Of a stretch of 64,000 bases of DNA, positions 45,260 through 53,824 are shown piece by piece (positions within the stretch are counted from its first letter, which is position 1; the number at the start of each line of letters is the position of its first letter). This stretch comes from a virus. Under the pieces are notes generated by a model. The model was not told the DNA's origin. It worked only from the letters and a program-made list of their open reading frames with translations, and did not search any database. Position numbers and translations under genes: made by a program. The stretch covers positions 12,925 through 76,924 of IMG/VR virus record IMGVR_UViG_3300047160_007109. One strand, written 5' to 3'.

Positions 45260-47104
45260 TCAGGATGCGGTCGAGCAGGTGTACGGGGTGACCGTTCCGC
45301 CCCGGCTGCCGTTGTCGCAGAACTGGACGTCGATGTAGGCCCAGTGCTGAGGCCCGGTCTTGGCGGTGAGGAACCCCTCTTCTGCGAAGAGTTGCGCCTT
45401 GTTCATCCGCATCAGGTCCGGCGACCGCTGGACTCCGGTGTTGGTCTCCCCGGTCTCCCCGAACAGAGCCCCGGACGTGTCGATGATCCGGACCCGCCAC
45501 TCGCCGTTGAGGTCGGGGACGCCGATCTCGGGATCGCCCGGCTCCTGGAGGCGGAACAGCGGGTAGCCCGGTTCCGTCGATGGAGCGTCGATCGTCTCGA
45601 TCACTTCGGCGACACCGTCGAGCGTCGCGGCGAGTTCGCTGACGACGTCGACCGGCTGGAGGTCCTGACCGAACGCCTTCGACACACGGTCGACGCCGAG
45701 GAGCGTCGAGACGGTCCGCGGAATGTAGACCGTGTACCGGGGCTCGGCGATGCGGTCGGCGTACGCCATCTGGGCGATCAGGGCGTTGACCGCCTTGGCG
45801 AACGTCGGCATCGCGCCGTACGAGCCGGTGAACGTGTACGCCCCGGAGAGGGCGTCGAGGTCGGCGAGGATCTGCGCCTCCTTGTTGCGTGCCTTCGCCG
45901 CCATCAGCGCGTTGAGGAAGTTCTGGACGACCTCGGGGTTGCTCATCTCCGTCGTGTTGTCGAACCGGAGCGCCGCCGTCGCCCACTTGATCCGCACGTT
46001 CGAGACCGTCTGGCACGTCACGTCGACGATCGGCTTCCACGTCGCCGAGCTACCGACGTTGACGTTGCCCTGCGACGTCTCCGTCCAGATCGTCGACCCG
46101 GACGAAACCGCCGAGAGCTTGATCGACGGGATGAACTGGAACCCGCCCCGGCCGACCGGTCGGCCCGGCAGCGACGGTGCGACGACCGCCGTCGTGGAGA
46201 ACGCATCCGGAATGTCGCGGATCGGCTCCAGCGGATCACAGATCGCGGCCGTGTGGGCGGGACGCTCCGCCTGGTCGAAGCCGCGCCATCCCCTGACGTA
46301 CGGGTGCTCGGCCTGCGCCTGGCGGATGATCTCGTGGTTCCGCTCGACGTTCGAGCCCGACAGCATGTCGCCGGTGAACGGCTGGTCGCCCATCTGGTCG
46401 AACGCGGCGACGGAGGCGAGATACGTCGAGCCCTCCCCGCCTTCCTTGACGCGGTCGATCATGTGGCCGAGCGTCCCGAAATCGAGGTCGGAGCCCTGCT
46501 GCGCGAGGCCGGACCCGGCGGCTGCTTGCATCGCGACCCGGGGACGGGTCGACACGGCGGCGGTGCGGGTCGGTTCCTCGGTGATGGCCGACGGTTCCGT
46601 CACCGTCACGACCGGCGTGCCTTCGCCCGGAGCGATGTCCGCCGCGGAGGCGGAAGCGAACGCCGGGTTCGGGTCGGGCAGCGTCGGGAGCGGGTTGGCG
46701 TCGAGGTCGGCGAGCGGAGCGTCGACAGCGGTCTGCTGCCGGGCCTGGCGGCCGTCCCACGCGGCGGAGAGCCGCAGCGCGTCGCGGTGAATCGCCTGGA
46801 GGATCCGGACGTCTTCCTCGGTGCGGGCGAGCGGCCGACGAGCGTCGTAGGCGTCGCGCGCCTGGCGGGACGCCTCCTGGACCTGCGCGTCGGTCAGGCC
46901 ATCGAGGACGTCGGGGATCTGCGGAATCGCCGGGAGCGCCGGAGGAGCCTCCGCGGCCGGAGCCGCATCGGTTTCGGCGGCCGGGTTCTCCGTGACTTCG
47001 CCGGTCGGGGCGGACTCACTCGTCTCGGAGGTCGTGGGCTCCGGCGGAACGGCCTCGGCCGTCGGCTCGGACGGAGCAGGGGACTCGGGCGTCTCGTCGG
47101 GCAT
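45260..47104 (-). CDS. Major capsid protein with N-terminal scaffold-like domain
   Basis: Acidic Pro/Glu N-terminus; ICDPLEP...GRGGFQFIP; DLMRMNKAQLFAEE. Confidence 0.85.
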   Translation of the reverse strand: MPDETPESPAPSEPTAEAVPPEPTTSETSESAPTGEVTENPAAETDAAPAAEAPPALPAIPQIPDVLDGLTDAQVQEASRQARDAYDARRPLARTEEDVRILQAIHRDALRLSAAWDGRQARQQTAVDAPLADLDANPLPTLPDPNPAFASASAADIAPGEGTPVVTVTEPSAITEEPTRTAAVSTRPRVAMQAAAGSGLAQQGSDLDFGTLGHMIDRVKEGGEGSTYLASVAAFDQMGDQPFTGDMLSGSNVERNHEIIRQAQAEHPYVRGWRGFDQAERPAHTAAICDPLEPIRDIPDAFSTTAVVAPSLPGRPVGRGGFQFIPSIKLSAVSSGSTIWTETSQGNVNVGSSATWKPIVDVTCQTVSNVRIKWATAALRFDNTTEMSNPEVVQNFLNALMAAKARNKEAQILADLDALSGAYTFTGSYGAMPTFAKAVNALIAQMAYADRIAEPRYTVYIPRTVSTLLGVDRVSKAFGQDLQPVDVVSELAATLDGVAEVIETIDAPSTEPGYPLFRLQEPGDPEIGVPDLNGEWRVRIIDTSGALFGETGETNTGVQRSPDLMRMNKAQLFAEEGFLTAKTGPQHWAYIDVQFCDNGSRGGTVTPYTCSTAS

Positions 47105-47184
47105 CTGAGCGAACTCCTCGGTCTGCGCGGCCCCGGAATCGGGCGCGCGTGCGATCGGTGGGTCCGTCCGCTCAGGGCGTGGCG

Positions 47185-47223
47185 GCTGCGACTTGCTGCG
47201 CTCGCTTGCTGCGACTTGCTGCG
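47185..47223 (-). repeat. Short direct repeats (CGCAGCAAG x3) in 250-bp MCP leader
   Basis: cttgctgcg at 47192, 47205 and 47215; 16-mer gctgcgacttgctgcg twice. Confidence 0.7.
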
Positions 47224-47354
47224 TCTGCTCTTGGCGGGAGAGTCAAGCACGTCCGCGACGGCGAGTCGAGGATGCTCGGGAATCGTCCCTCAGACCCGGC
47301 TCAGATTGCCTCTCCTGCCGATCGGAGCCGGGATGGGCCGAGAGTGCCGGACCG

Positions 47355-48137
47355 TCACGCGGCCGCCTTCTCGGAGAACGTCACGCCGAACTTCTTTCCG
47401 GCCCGTTGGATCGCCGCCTTCACCTTGGCGAGATTCTCGGCGGAGTAGAGCGCCGCGTTGTCGCCCTGGTTGATGTACGACCAGGCCGCCCGGACGTGCG
47501 CCCGAGTGTCGATCGGGTACCGCTTCTGGCCGTCCTTCTGGTAGCCGGGGTCGGCGTACTCGACGTCGCCGTACGGCTTCTTCGCCGACGTGGCGGCGAG
47601 CCGGGCACACGTCGAGCAGTTCCCGTCGATGAACACGTGCAACTCGGCGTCGGCGTCGTCGAGCGTCGCGAGGGCGGCGGCGAGATGCGATTCGACCTCG
47701 TCGTCGAGCGCCGCCAGAGCCGAAGCCACGTTGCCCTGCGTGACCGCCTGGATGAACTGGAGGACGCCCTGCATCTGGGCTTGGAGGTCCTGCACCGCGC
47801 CCTCGCAGGCTTCCATCCGGGCGTTCATGTCGCCGCCCTCGTCGCCTTCGGGTTCCCCGGCCATCTGCATCGCACCGTCGGGCGGGAGCGGCTGCGTGAA
47901 CGCCGCAGCCGGAGGCCCCGCCGTGCGAGGACCGTGGATCTCGATGCCGCCATCGACCGGGACGAGCGTCGCTGCCCCGGCGACCCGGAGTACCTGACCG
48001 TCGGGGAGCGTGATGACCGTCTCCGCTTCGCCGTCGTCGACGGGACGGCCGAGGTCTTCGGCGTCGACGATCCCCTCGATCGCGGCGCGGACGGTTTCCT
48101 CGTCGTAGGCGTGGCCGCCGATCGTCACGTTCGGCAT
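47355..48137 (-). CDS. Scaffold-like protein with C-terminal DUF6582 domain
   Basis: YGDVEYADPG...RYPIDT..HVRAAWSYINQ..NAALYS..L.KVKAAI..AGKKFGV. Confidence 0.8.
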   Translation of the reverse strand: MPNVTIGGHAYDEETVRAAIEGIVDAEDLGRPVDDGEAETVITLPDGQVLRVAGAATLVPVDGGIEIHGPRTAGPPAAAFTQPLPPDGAMQMAGEPEGDEGGDMNARMEACEGAVQDLQAQMQGVLQFIQAVTQGNVASALAALDDEVESHLAAALATLDDADAELHVFIDGNCSTCARLAATSAKKPYGDVEYADPGYQKDGQKRYPIDTRAHVRAAWSYINQGDNAALYSAENLAKVKAAIQRAGKKFGVTFSEKAAA

Positions 48138-48177
48138 CGGGACCTCCTGGGATCGAACTGCGGTGAGGGTAGCGGGA

Positions 48178-50400
48178 TCAGGCCCGCTTGAGCGCGTATA
48201 CGTCGGACAGGAGCGACGACGCCATGGCGTACGCCCCGGAGAATTGCGGCTCCCGTTGGGAGAGCGCCTCCAGGCCGCCCTTGACTTGGTTGAGCCGGTC
48301 GATCGCCACTTGGAGGCCGCCGGACCGGAGCGACCCGGCAGCGTTCTTCGTGGTCCCGGCGTAGTGCCGCTGGTCCTGCTTGAGATTTTCGCCGTGCTGG
48401 CCGCCTGCCTTGACGGATTCCTTCATGATCGCTGCGTGGAGCTTGTCGGCCCGGTCGGCGAGTTTCCCTGCCGCCTTGCTCTTGTCGGCCTCTTTCGAGC
48501 CTCCCGAGCCCTCGCCGAACCTGCCGTGATCGTCCCTGGCCTGATCGGGCGAGTAGCCGAGCCGGGCCGCGACTACGGCGCGGATCGCCGCGATGTCGGA
48601 AGCGGACGCCGCCTGCGGAGCGCCGCCGCCCGAGACGACGTGACCGTCGGGGCCGACGAGACGGCCGAACACGTACTGATAGCCCTTCGGGAGCGTCGGC
48701 GTCTTCGTCGGCCCGGCGTGGCCCTTCAACGCCGGAGGCTTCTTGCCGCCGCCCTTGCCTTTGCCGCCGCCCTTCTTGCCGCCGCCCTTCCCGGCCGCTT
48801 TCGCTGCGCCCTTCGCTGCGCCCTTCGCAGCCGACTTGACGGCCTGGGCGTACTGCTTCAAGTGCTGCGCGATCTGGGCCTGCTGCTGCTTGGCGGCCGT
48901 CGCCGCGGCTTTCTGCAACGCGGCAGTCGCCCGAGCGGCCTGCGACTGAGCGGCAGACGAGTTCCCCGCCGCGTTGTGGTACGCAGCCGACAGGAGCGAC
49001 GCCGCCGCCGAGTTCAGCGGGAGCGACAGCGCCGGATTCGACGAGCCGTACGCCGGGAGCGCCTGCGAAATCGACGTGAACGGGTCCACGGCGGGAGTCA
49101 CCTGAGCGAGCCGGGCGAAGATCGCCTCATCATCAGGTCGCCAGTCGGGATGCTCGACCGACGCGGCACGTTGCGGACGGACGAGCGCGAGGCCCGGCCG
49201 GGTGACGAGCGTCGGGCCGAGCGAGTCGTACCCTCCAGCCGGGTTCAGCCGGTCCGGCTGATACCAGCGCCAGTCGCCCGACAGGGCGCAGCGGCGGAGG
49301 AGCGCGACGTCGCCCCACGTCGAGCCGGGAACGAGAGCCCCGGCGAGCCAGCCGCCGTGTTCGTCGTCGCCGACGCGGACGAGCATCATCTGCGCGTTCG
49401 GGTCGGCATAGTGCCGGGCAGCGACCGACGGTGCCGCCGTTTCGGAGGCGTGGCCGCCCGAGTTGCCGACGACGCCGACGAGGAGCAGCCGTCCACCGTC
49501 GGCGGAGGCGACTTGGGAGTCGTCGAGGACGACGGCGTCTTGCTGGTGGAAGCGGGCGTAGCCGGTCGGTGACGGCTCCGGATACCAGCACTGATGCTGG
49601 CCGGGGCGCAGCGTCGCGGTGCGGTCCACGATGCAGACTCCGGTGTGGTACCAGTAGCCGCCGACCCGGCCGTCGTCGGTGACCGTCAGGCGCAGGATCT
49701 CGTGGCCGTCGTCGCCGACTTCCGACGATGCGCCGAAGCCATGTTCGGCCCGGTAGCCCTCGACCCAGTCGGGACGGCCGAACCATGACAGCGGCGGGTA
49801 CTCGGGGACCGGGACCCGGTCGGCGAACGGGAGCGTCGCGAGTGACGCGACCCGGGCAGCGCCGACGACGCCTTGGCCCATCGACGTCGCCATCGGGCCG
49901 ACGTCTTGGTCGGTGTCGAGCGAGCCGGGCACGTCGACGTCGCCGTCACGGTCCGGGTCGAGTTCCGGGGCGAGCGGGACGCCGAGGCCGAGGATCCCCG
50001 CGGCGTGGAGATGCCGTCCGGCTTGGGCGAGATGCCGGTGACGGCGCATCGCTGCCGTCTCGACCATCGGCGGATCCCCGACCGCGCCGCCGTGGGCGTG
50101 CGGCCCGGCCGGTTCCCCGGTGGCGTCGATGTGGCGCTCCTGGCAGAACCCTTCGGGGTCGTCGATGTGCTGCCCGGCGATCGCGACGCAGGCCTCGAAG
50201 TCGCCGGGCGAACCCCAATTGATCTGGCCGTCGGCTCCGGCGTTGTACCAGTCGATGAGCGCCTGCGGATTCCCAGCGTTTCCGGCGGCGGAGCGCGCAT
50301 CGGCGCTCCCCGAGCACGACGCGCACGTCCCGCCGCAGGAGCATCCCGGAGCCGCCGACGGTGGGTCGTAGACGATCGCCGCGAGACGCACGGAGGTCAT
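48178..50400 (-). CDS. Capsid maturation protease polyprotein
   Basis: WGSPGDFEACV..DPEGFC module; GNSGGHA..ARHYAD, VRVGDDEHGGWLAGAL, LSGDWR protease-type motifs; Lys-rich tract; YSPDQARDDHGRF tag. Confidence 0.75.
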   Translation of the reverse strand: MTSVRLAAIVYDPPSAAPGCSCGGTCASCSGSADARSAAGNAGNPQALIDWYNAGADGQINWGSPGDFEACVAIAGQHIDDPEGFCQERHIDATGEPAGPHAHGGAVGDPPMVETAAMRRHRHLAQAGRHLHAAGILGLGVPLAPELDPDRDGDVDVPGSLDTDQDVGPMATSMGQGVVGAARVASLATLPFADRVPVPEYPPLSWFGRPDWVEGYRAEHGFGASSEVGDDGHEILRLTVTDDGRVGGYWYHTGVCIVDRTATLRPGQHQCWYPEPSPTGYARFHQQDAVVLDDSQVASADGGRLLLVGVVGNSGGHASETAAPSVAARHYADPNAQMMLVRVGDDEHGGWLAGALVPGSTWGDVALLRRCALSGDWRWYQPDRLNPAGGYDSLGPTLVTRPGLALVRPQRAASVEHPDWRPDDEAIFARLAQVTPAVDPFTSISQALPAYGSSNPALSLPLNSAAASLLSAAYHNAAGNSSAAQSQAARATAALQKAAATAAKQQQAQIAQHLKQYAQAVKSAAKGAAKGAAKAAGKGGGKKGGGKGKGGGKKPPALKGHAGPTKTPTLPKGYQYVFGRLVGPDGHVVSGGGAPQAASASDIAAIRAVVAARLGYSPDQARDDHGRFGEGSGGSKEADKSKAAGKLADRADKLHAAIMKESVKAGGQHGENLKQDQRHYAGTTKNAAGSLRSGGLQVAIDRLNQVKGGLEALSQREPQFSGAYAMASSLLSDVYALKRA
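48508..48570 (-). repeat. Tag copy A: AARLGYSPDQARDDHGRFGEG
   Basis: 63-nt coding repeat. Confidence 0.9.
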
Positions 50401-51401
50401 TGTGCCGGACGCGGCGACGACTTGTCGCGATAGTCGACCTTGGCGAGCGGGCGTGGACGAGGCAGGTACTTGGCGACGACCTCGGGCGGGATATAGCCGA
50501 CGCAGGAGTCCTCGCCGTGATCGTGGGCGGCCGCCACGGCGGCGAGTTTATGGCCGACGAGCGGCTCCCGGGAGTTGACGTCCTGGAGGACGCCAGTCAG
50601 GACGCCCATCGTCGACGGGTTGACGCCCTCGACGCCCATCTGGCGGGCGGCGAACGCCTCGGCGAAGTTCTCGTACTTGTTCGTCGTGCCGTACCCGGAG
50701 ACCGCGTTGACGGGACGGCCGAAAAACGTGCCGACGTTCCCCTCGGTGACGCCATAGACCTTGTCGAGCACGTGACCCAACTCGTGAGCGACGACCGACT
50801 CGGTTTTGCCAGAGGGATGGAAAGCCATCTCCGTTCCGCTTTTGAGTTCGGCGGAGGCGCGCACGGCTGGCCCCATCGCGCCCATGTCTGTGTACCAGCG
50901 TTCGTTGAACAGGATCCCGGGCTGATTCGTGCCGTCCTGATTGGCGTCGTGGAGAGCGACGGCGAACGCGGAGTCGTTTTGGTACTGGCCCATCTCGACG
51001 GATTGCATCATCCCGGCCGCCGTCGGGAACTCCTCGGCGAACTTCTCCGACTGGTTCGCGACGCCTTCGGCGAGCTTGCTGTTCATCGCGCCGAGGTCGA
51101 CCCGAGCATTCGGGAACGCGGCCTGGACGCGGGCCTCGGACTGCTTGAGCGACTCGACCCGGCGGTCCGCTTCCTTGCGGGAGAACCCCTGCCGCATGAC
51201 TTCCTGGGTGAGCGCGCTCGGTGGCGTGTAACCCGATTCCTCCGCTCGGCCGCCCGATCCTTCCCCGAACCTGCCGTGGTCGTCCCTGGGTTGGTCCGGC
51301 GAGTACGCCAGCCGGGCGAGAGCGACGGAGCCGCGCCGGGCGGCGAGCACGCGCGCCCGGTTCGGCGCGGCGTCCGGGTCGGGTGCCGTATGCGTCTTCA
51401 C
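50397..51401 (-). CDS. Tagged zincin metallopeptidase (MuF-toxin-like)
   Basis: VAHELGHVLD...VSGYGTTNKYENFAEAF. Confidence 0.8.
   Translation of the reverse strand: MKTHTAPDPDAAPNRARVLAARRGSVALARLAYSPDQPRDDHGRFGEGSGGRAEESGYTPPSALTQEVMRQGFSRKEADRRVESLKQSEARVQAAFPNARVDLGAMNSKLAEGVANQSEKFAEEFPTAAGMMQSVEMGQYQNDSAFAVALHDANQDGTNQPGILFNERWYTDMGAMGPAVRASAELKSGTEMAFHPSGKTESVVAHELGHVLDKVYGVTEGNVGTFFGRPVNAVSGYGTTNKYENFAEAFAARQMGVEGVNPSTMGVLTGVLQDVNSREPLVGHKLAAVAAAHDHGEDSCVGYIPPEVVAKYLPRPRPLAKVDYRDKSSPRPAQ
51258..51320 (-). repeat. Tag copy B: LARLAYSPDQPRDDHGRFGEG
   Basis: 63-nt coding repeat. Confidence 0.9.
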
Positions 51402-52135
51402 GCTGCCGCCGCCTTGGTCTCCTCGGCCGTCCAGCCCCAGTAGTCGGAGCCGACGCCGAGCGGGTCCTGAGTCCAGCCGACCGACTGCCAGAACGGCAGA
51501 GCGTCCGGCGTGGGTGATCCCATCAGCGGCAGCCCTTTCGCTGCGGCTTCCCCAGCGGCCGCTTTGACGAGCGCCGAGCCTGCGCCGGGTACGACGCCGG
51601 TCGAGCCGAGATAGTCGACGTAGGCGTACGCCGGGACGGTACCGTCCTCAGTCGTTTCCTCGGGACGGTCGATGACGGAGATGGCCCCGGCCATGCCGAC
51701 GCCTTCGCCTTGGGCGACGATCGTTGACGTGTTGTCCTCGACGGCCCCGCGGATGGCGTACTCGGTGAACAGGAATCCCACCTTGGAGCGGTCGCTCAGG
51801 TCCTCGCCGACGAGTTCGTGTACGTCGTCGAGTTGGGCGACGACATCCTCGATGTCGATCTCGTCCTTGTTCTCGCCGAGGTCGAGCGGCTCCGTCGAGC
51901 CGCCGTTCTCGTCGAACTTGGCGGCCGACGTGTTGAGGGCGTCGAGCCCGGCGGAGCCCGCAGGCGAGGAGCCGGATTCGCCCTCGCCGAACCGGCCGTG
52001 GTCGTCCCTGGGCTGATCCGGCGAGTACGCCAGGCGCGCGAGGACAGCCACGGCCGGATTGTCGCAGACGTCAGGCCGACGAGCCCGGACTCCTGCCGCG
52101 CCGCCACTCGGACCGACGCCCAGCGGGAGTCCCAC
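51398..52135 (-). CDS. Tagged GNAT-fold acetyltransferase (start uncertain: 52135 or 52051)
   Basis: YVDYLGS..VPGAGSALVKAA...GLPL...PDALPFWQSVGW matches GNAT motifs A and B. Confidence 0.7.
   Translation of the reverse strand: MGLPLGVGPSGGAAGVRARRPDVCDNPAVAVLARLAYSPDQPRDDHGRFGEGESGSSPAGSAGLDALNTSAAKFDENGGSTEPLDLGENKDEIDIEDVVAQLDDVHELVGEDLSDRSKVGFLFTEYAIRGAVEDNTSTIVAQGEGVGMAGAISVIDRPEETTEDGTVPAYAYVDYLGSTGVVPGAGSALVKAAAGEAAAKGLPLMGSPTPDALPFWQSVGWTQDPLGVGSDYWGWTAEETKAAAA
51980..52042 (-). repeat. Tag copy C: LARLAYSPDQPRDDHGRFGEG
   Basis: 63-nt coding repeat, protein-identical to copy B. Confidence 0.9.
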
Positions 52136-52370
52136 GTGCCGTGTCGTCGATCGCCGCGGCGCGCGCCGCCGCTTCCCGTTCCCGGCGGCGACGCCGGTCG
52201 CGTTCGGCGAGTCCCTTCGCCTTCCCGGCGGCCCGGATCCTCGCTTGGCGCTCAGAGCGGCTCTCTGCCGGTCTCTCCGTCCTCAGGAGATTCCCCTCAC
52301 GGTCGTACACTCGGACGTCGGAGAAGCGAGGACGGTCTTCGGGAGGCCCGGCCGGGCTGGGGCTACTCAC
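52071..52370 (-). CDS. Basic Arg-rich hypothetical protein
   Basis: Helical RSERQARIRAAGKAKG; overlaps the longer GNAT start. Confidence 0.45.
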   Translation of the reverse strand: MSSPSPAGPPEDRPRFSDVRVYDREGNLLRTERPAESRSERQARIRAAGKAKGLAERDRRRRREREAAARAAAIDDTARGTPAGRRSEWRRGRSPGSSA

Positions 52371-52466
52371 CGTTGGCTAGCTCGATTTCGCGCCATCCGC
52401 CTTCGTCGTGTCCGCTGTGCACGCGCCGACTCTGCTGCGGGCTCGGACCGGGCCTCCCGGGCGAGA

Positions 52467-53354
52467 CTAGACCCGCTCCACCGTTCCGGCCATCCGGTCG
52501 AGGACCTCGACCACGTCCGGGTCGTCGACCTCGGCGATGCCACGCTCGAAGTAGACGTTGTGCCGGGCAGCGCGCACGACCCGAGACGGCGACCGGAACC
52601 GGACCGGCCGGTCGAGCGGCTTCGCTTCCTCCGGCATCTGCCCGGCGAGGAGAGCGCGCATCAGCCGTGGGACCTCATCGGCGGACTGGTACGCGCGGAG
52701 GAGCGTGATCGAGCCGGGGTACAGCGGCGACCGTGCGCCGGGCGTCTGATGCGGGTGCCACAGATGCCAGACGTGCCCGTCGAGGAACCATCCGGGGCCG
52801 AGGAGCGTCGACAGTGCCCGGCCCCACGCCTCGTCTTCGCCGCCCCAGCCGCGGAACCGTGGGTCGAGCGGGCAGGCATCCCAGCCCGACGCGGGCAGGA
52901 CGACGATGCCGCCGCCGCGGACGCCGACGTACTCCCGCCGGTCGAGCGTCCCCGGAGCCAGGATCGGTGACTGCCCGGCGGCCGTCGCCTCGTACAGCGC
53001 CCTCGTCGTTTCCGGACGGAGGCGGCGGACGGTCTCGTACGGCATCGCCCACGGCGCGGCCCGGTCGACGATCTTGCGGACGCAGCGGGCGAGCGCCGAG
53101 CGGGTGACGAACACGTCGGCGTCGGCGACGACGAGGACCGTCGCTTCCGTCTCGGAGCGTGCTCGGGCGAGCGCCTCGCCTTTGCTCCACCACGGATCGC
53201 CGGGGCCGCGCTCGTCCGGTGTCCGGTCGGGCTTGCCGACGACGATGTCCCAGTCGGGGAAGTCCCGCCGGTACCGGTCGCGGACGTAGCCGAACGCGGC
53301 GTCGCGCCACTCGTCGAGGCCTGAGACGTACGGGATGAGGACGGCGACGCTCAC
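52467..53354 (-). CDS. Glycosyltransferase (GT-A fold, galactosyltransferase-like C-terminal motif)
   Basis: VAVLIP, VVADADV, DPRFRGWGGEDEAW, HLWHP. Confidence 0.85.
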   Translation of the reverse strand: MSVAVLIPYVSGLDEWRDAAFGYVRDRYRRDFPDWDIVVGKPDRTPDERGPGDPWWSKGEALARARSETEATVLVVADADVFVTRSALARCVRKIVDRAAPWAMPYETVRRLRPETTRALYEATAAGQSPILAPGTLDRREYVGVRGGGIVVLPASGWDACPLDPRFRGWGGEDEAWGRALSTLLGPGWFLDGHVWHLWHPHQTPGARSPLYPGSITLLRAYQSADEVPRLMRALLAGQMPEEAKPLDRPVRFRSPSRVVRAARHNVYFERGIAEVDDPDVVEVLDRMAGTVERV

Positions 53355-53369
53355 CGTCCGATCATGGCG

Positions 53370-53582
53370 TCAGCCGTCGCGTTGCTCGCGGACCCGGGCG
53401 TCTTCGATCTCGACCATCGGGATCATCCACCAGTGCAGGATCGCGGCGAGCCCGGCCATGAACATCGCCGTGTGGACGAGCCAGCCGACGCCGCCGCCTG
53501 CCATCGCCTCGGTGCGGTCGAGGAGCATCCCCCACCATGCGCCGACCGTGACCGGCAGGAGAATCCCGCCTCTCGGCCTCAG
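53370..53582 (-). CDS. Possible two-TM membrane protein (CTG start inferred)
   Basis: ILLPVTVGAWWGML...WLVHTAMFMAGLAAILHWW; overlaps upstream stop. Confidence 0.45.
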   Translation of the reverse strand: MRPRGGILLPVTVGAWWGMLLDRTEAMAGGGVGWLVHTAMFMAGLAAILHWWMIPMVEIEDARVREQRDG

Positions 53583-53824
53583 CGTCCCTCTCCTGCCGTT
53601 CGGCTTCCGGGAGGGGCGAACGTGGCCCGAGCCCGAGCGAGACGCTCCTCCGCCGTTTCAGCGGCCGTGATCGCCCGGTCGATTCCGGTCACGTCGGCAG
53701 TGTCGCCGAACTTGCGGATCCGCGCCCGGCGAGCGCCGCGCTTGTACGAGACGTACCGGTGGAGGGCGGCCGTAACGTGGCCGCCCTCCTCCTCGGTGAA
53801 CTCGATGACGAGCCTGCGGCCCAT
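53579..53824 (-). CDS. Hypothetical protein
   Basis: ATGA overlap. Confidence 0.6.
   Translation of the reverse strand: MGRRLVIEFTEEEGGHVTAALHRYVSYKRGARRARIRKFGDTADVTGIDRAITAAETAEERLARARATFAPPGSRTAGEGR

Noticed and set aside
52071-52370. Frameshift fusion of the basic 99-aa ORF to the GNAT gene
   Set aside because: Would need a +1 shift and no slippery site is evident
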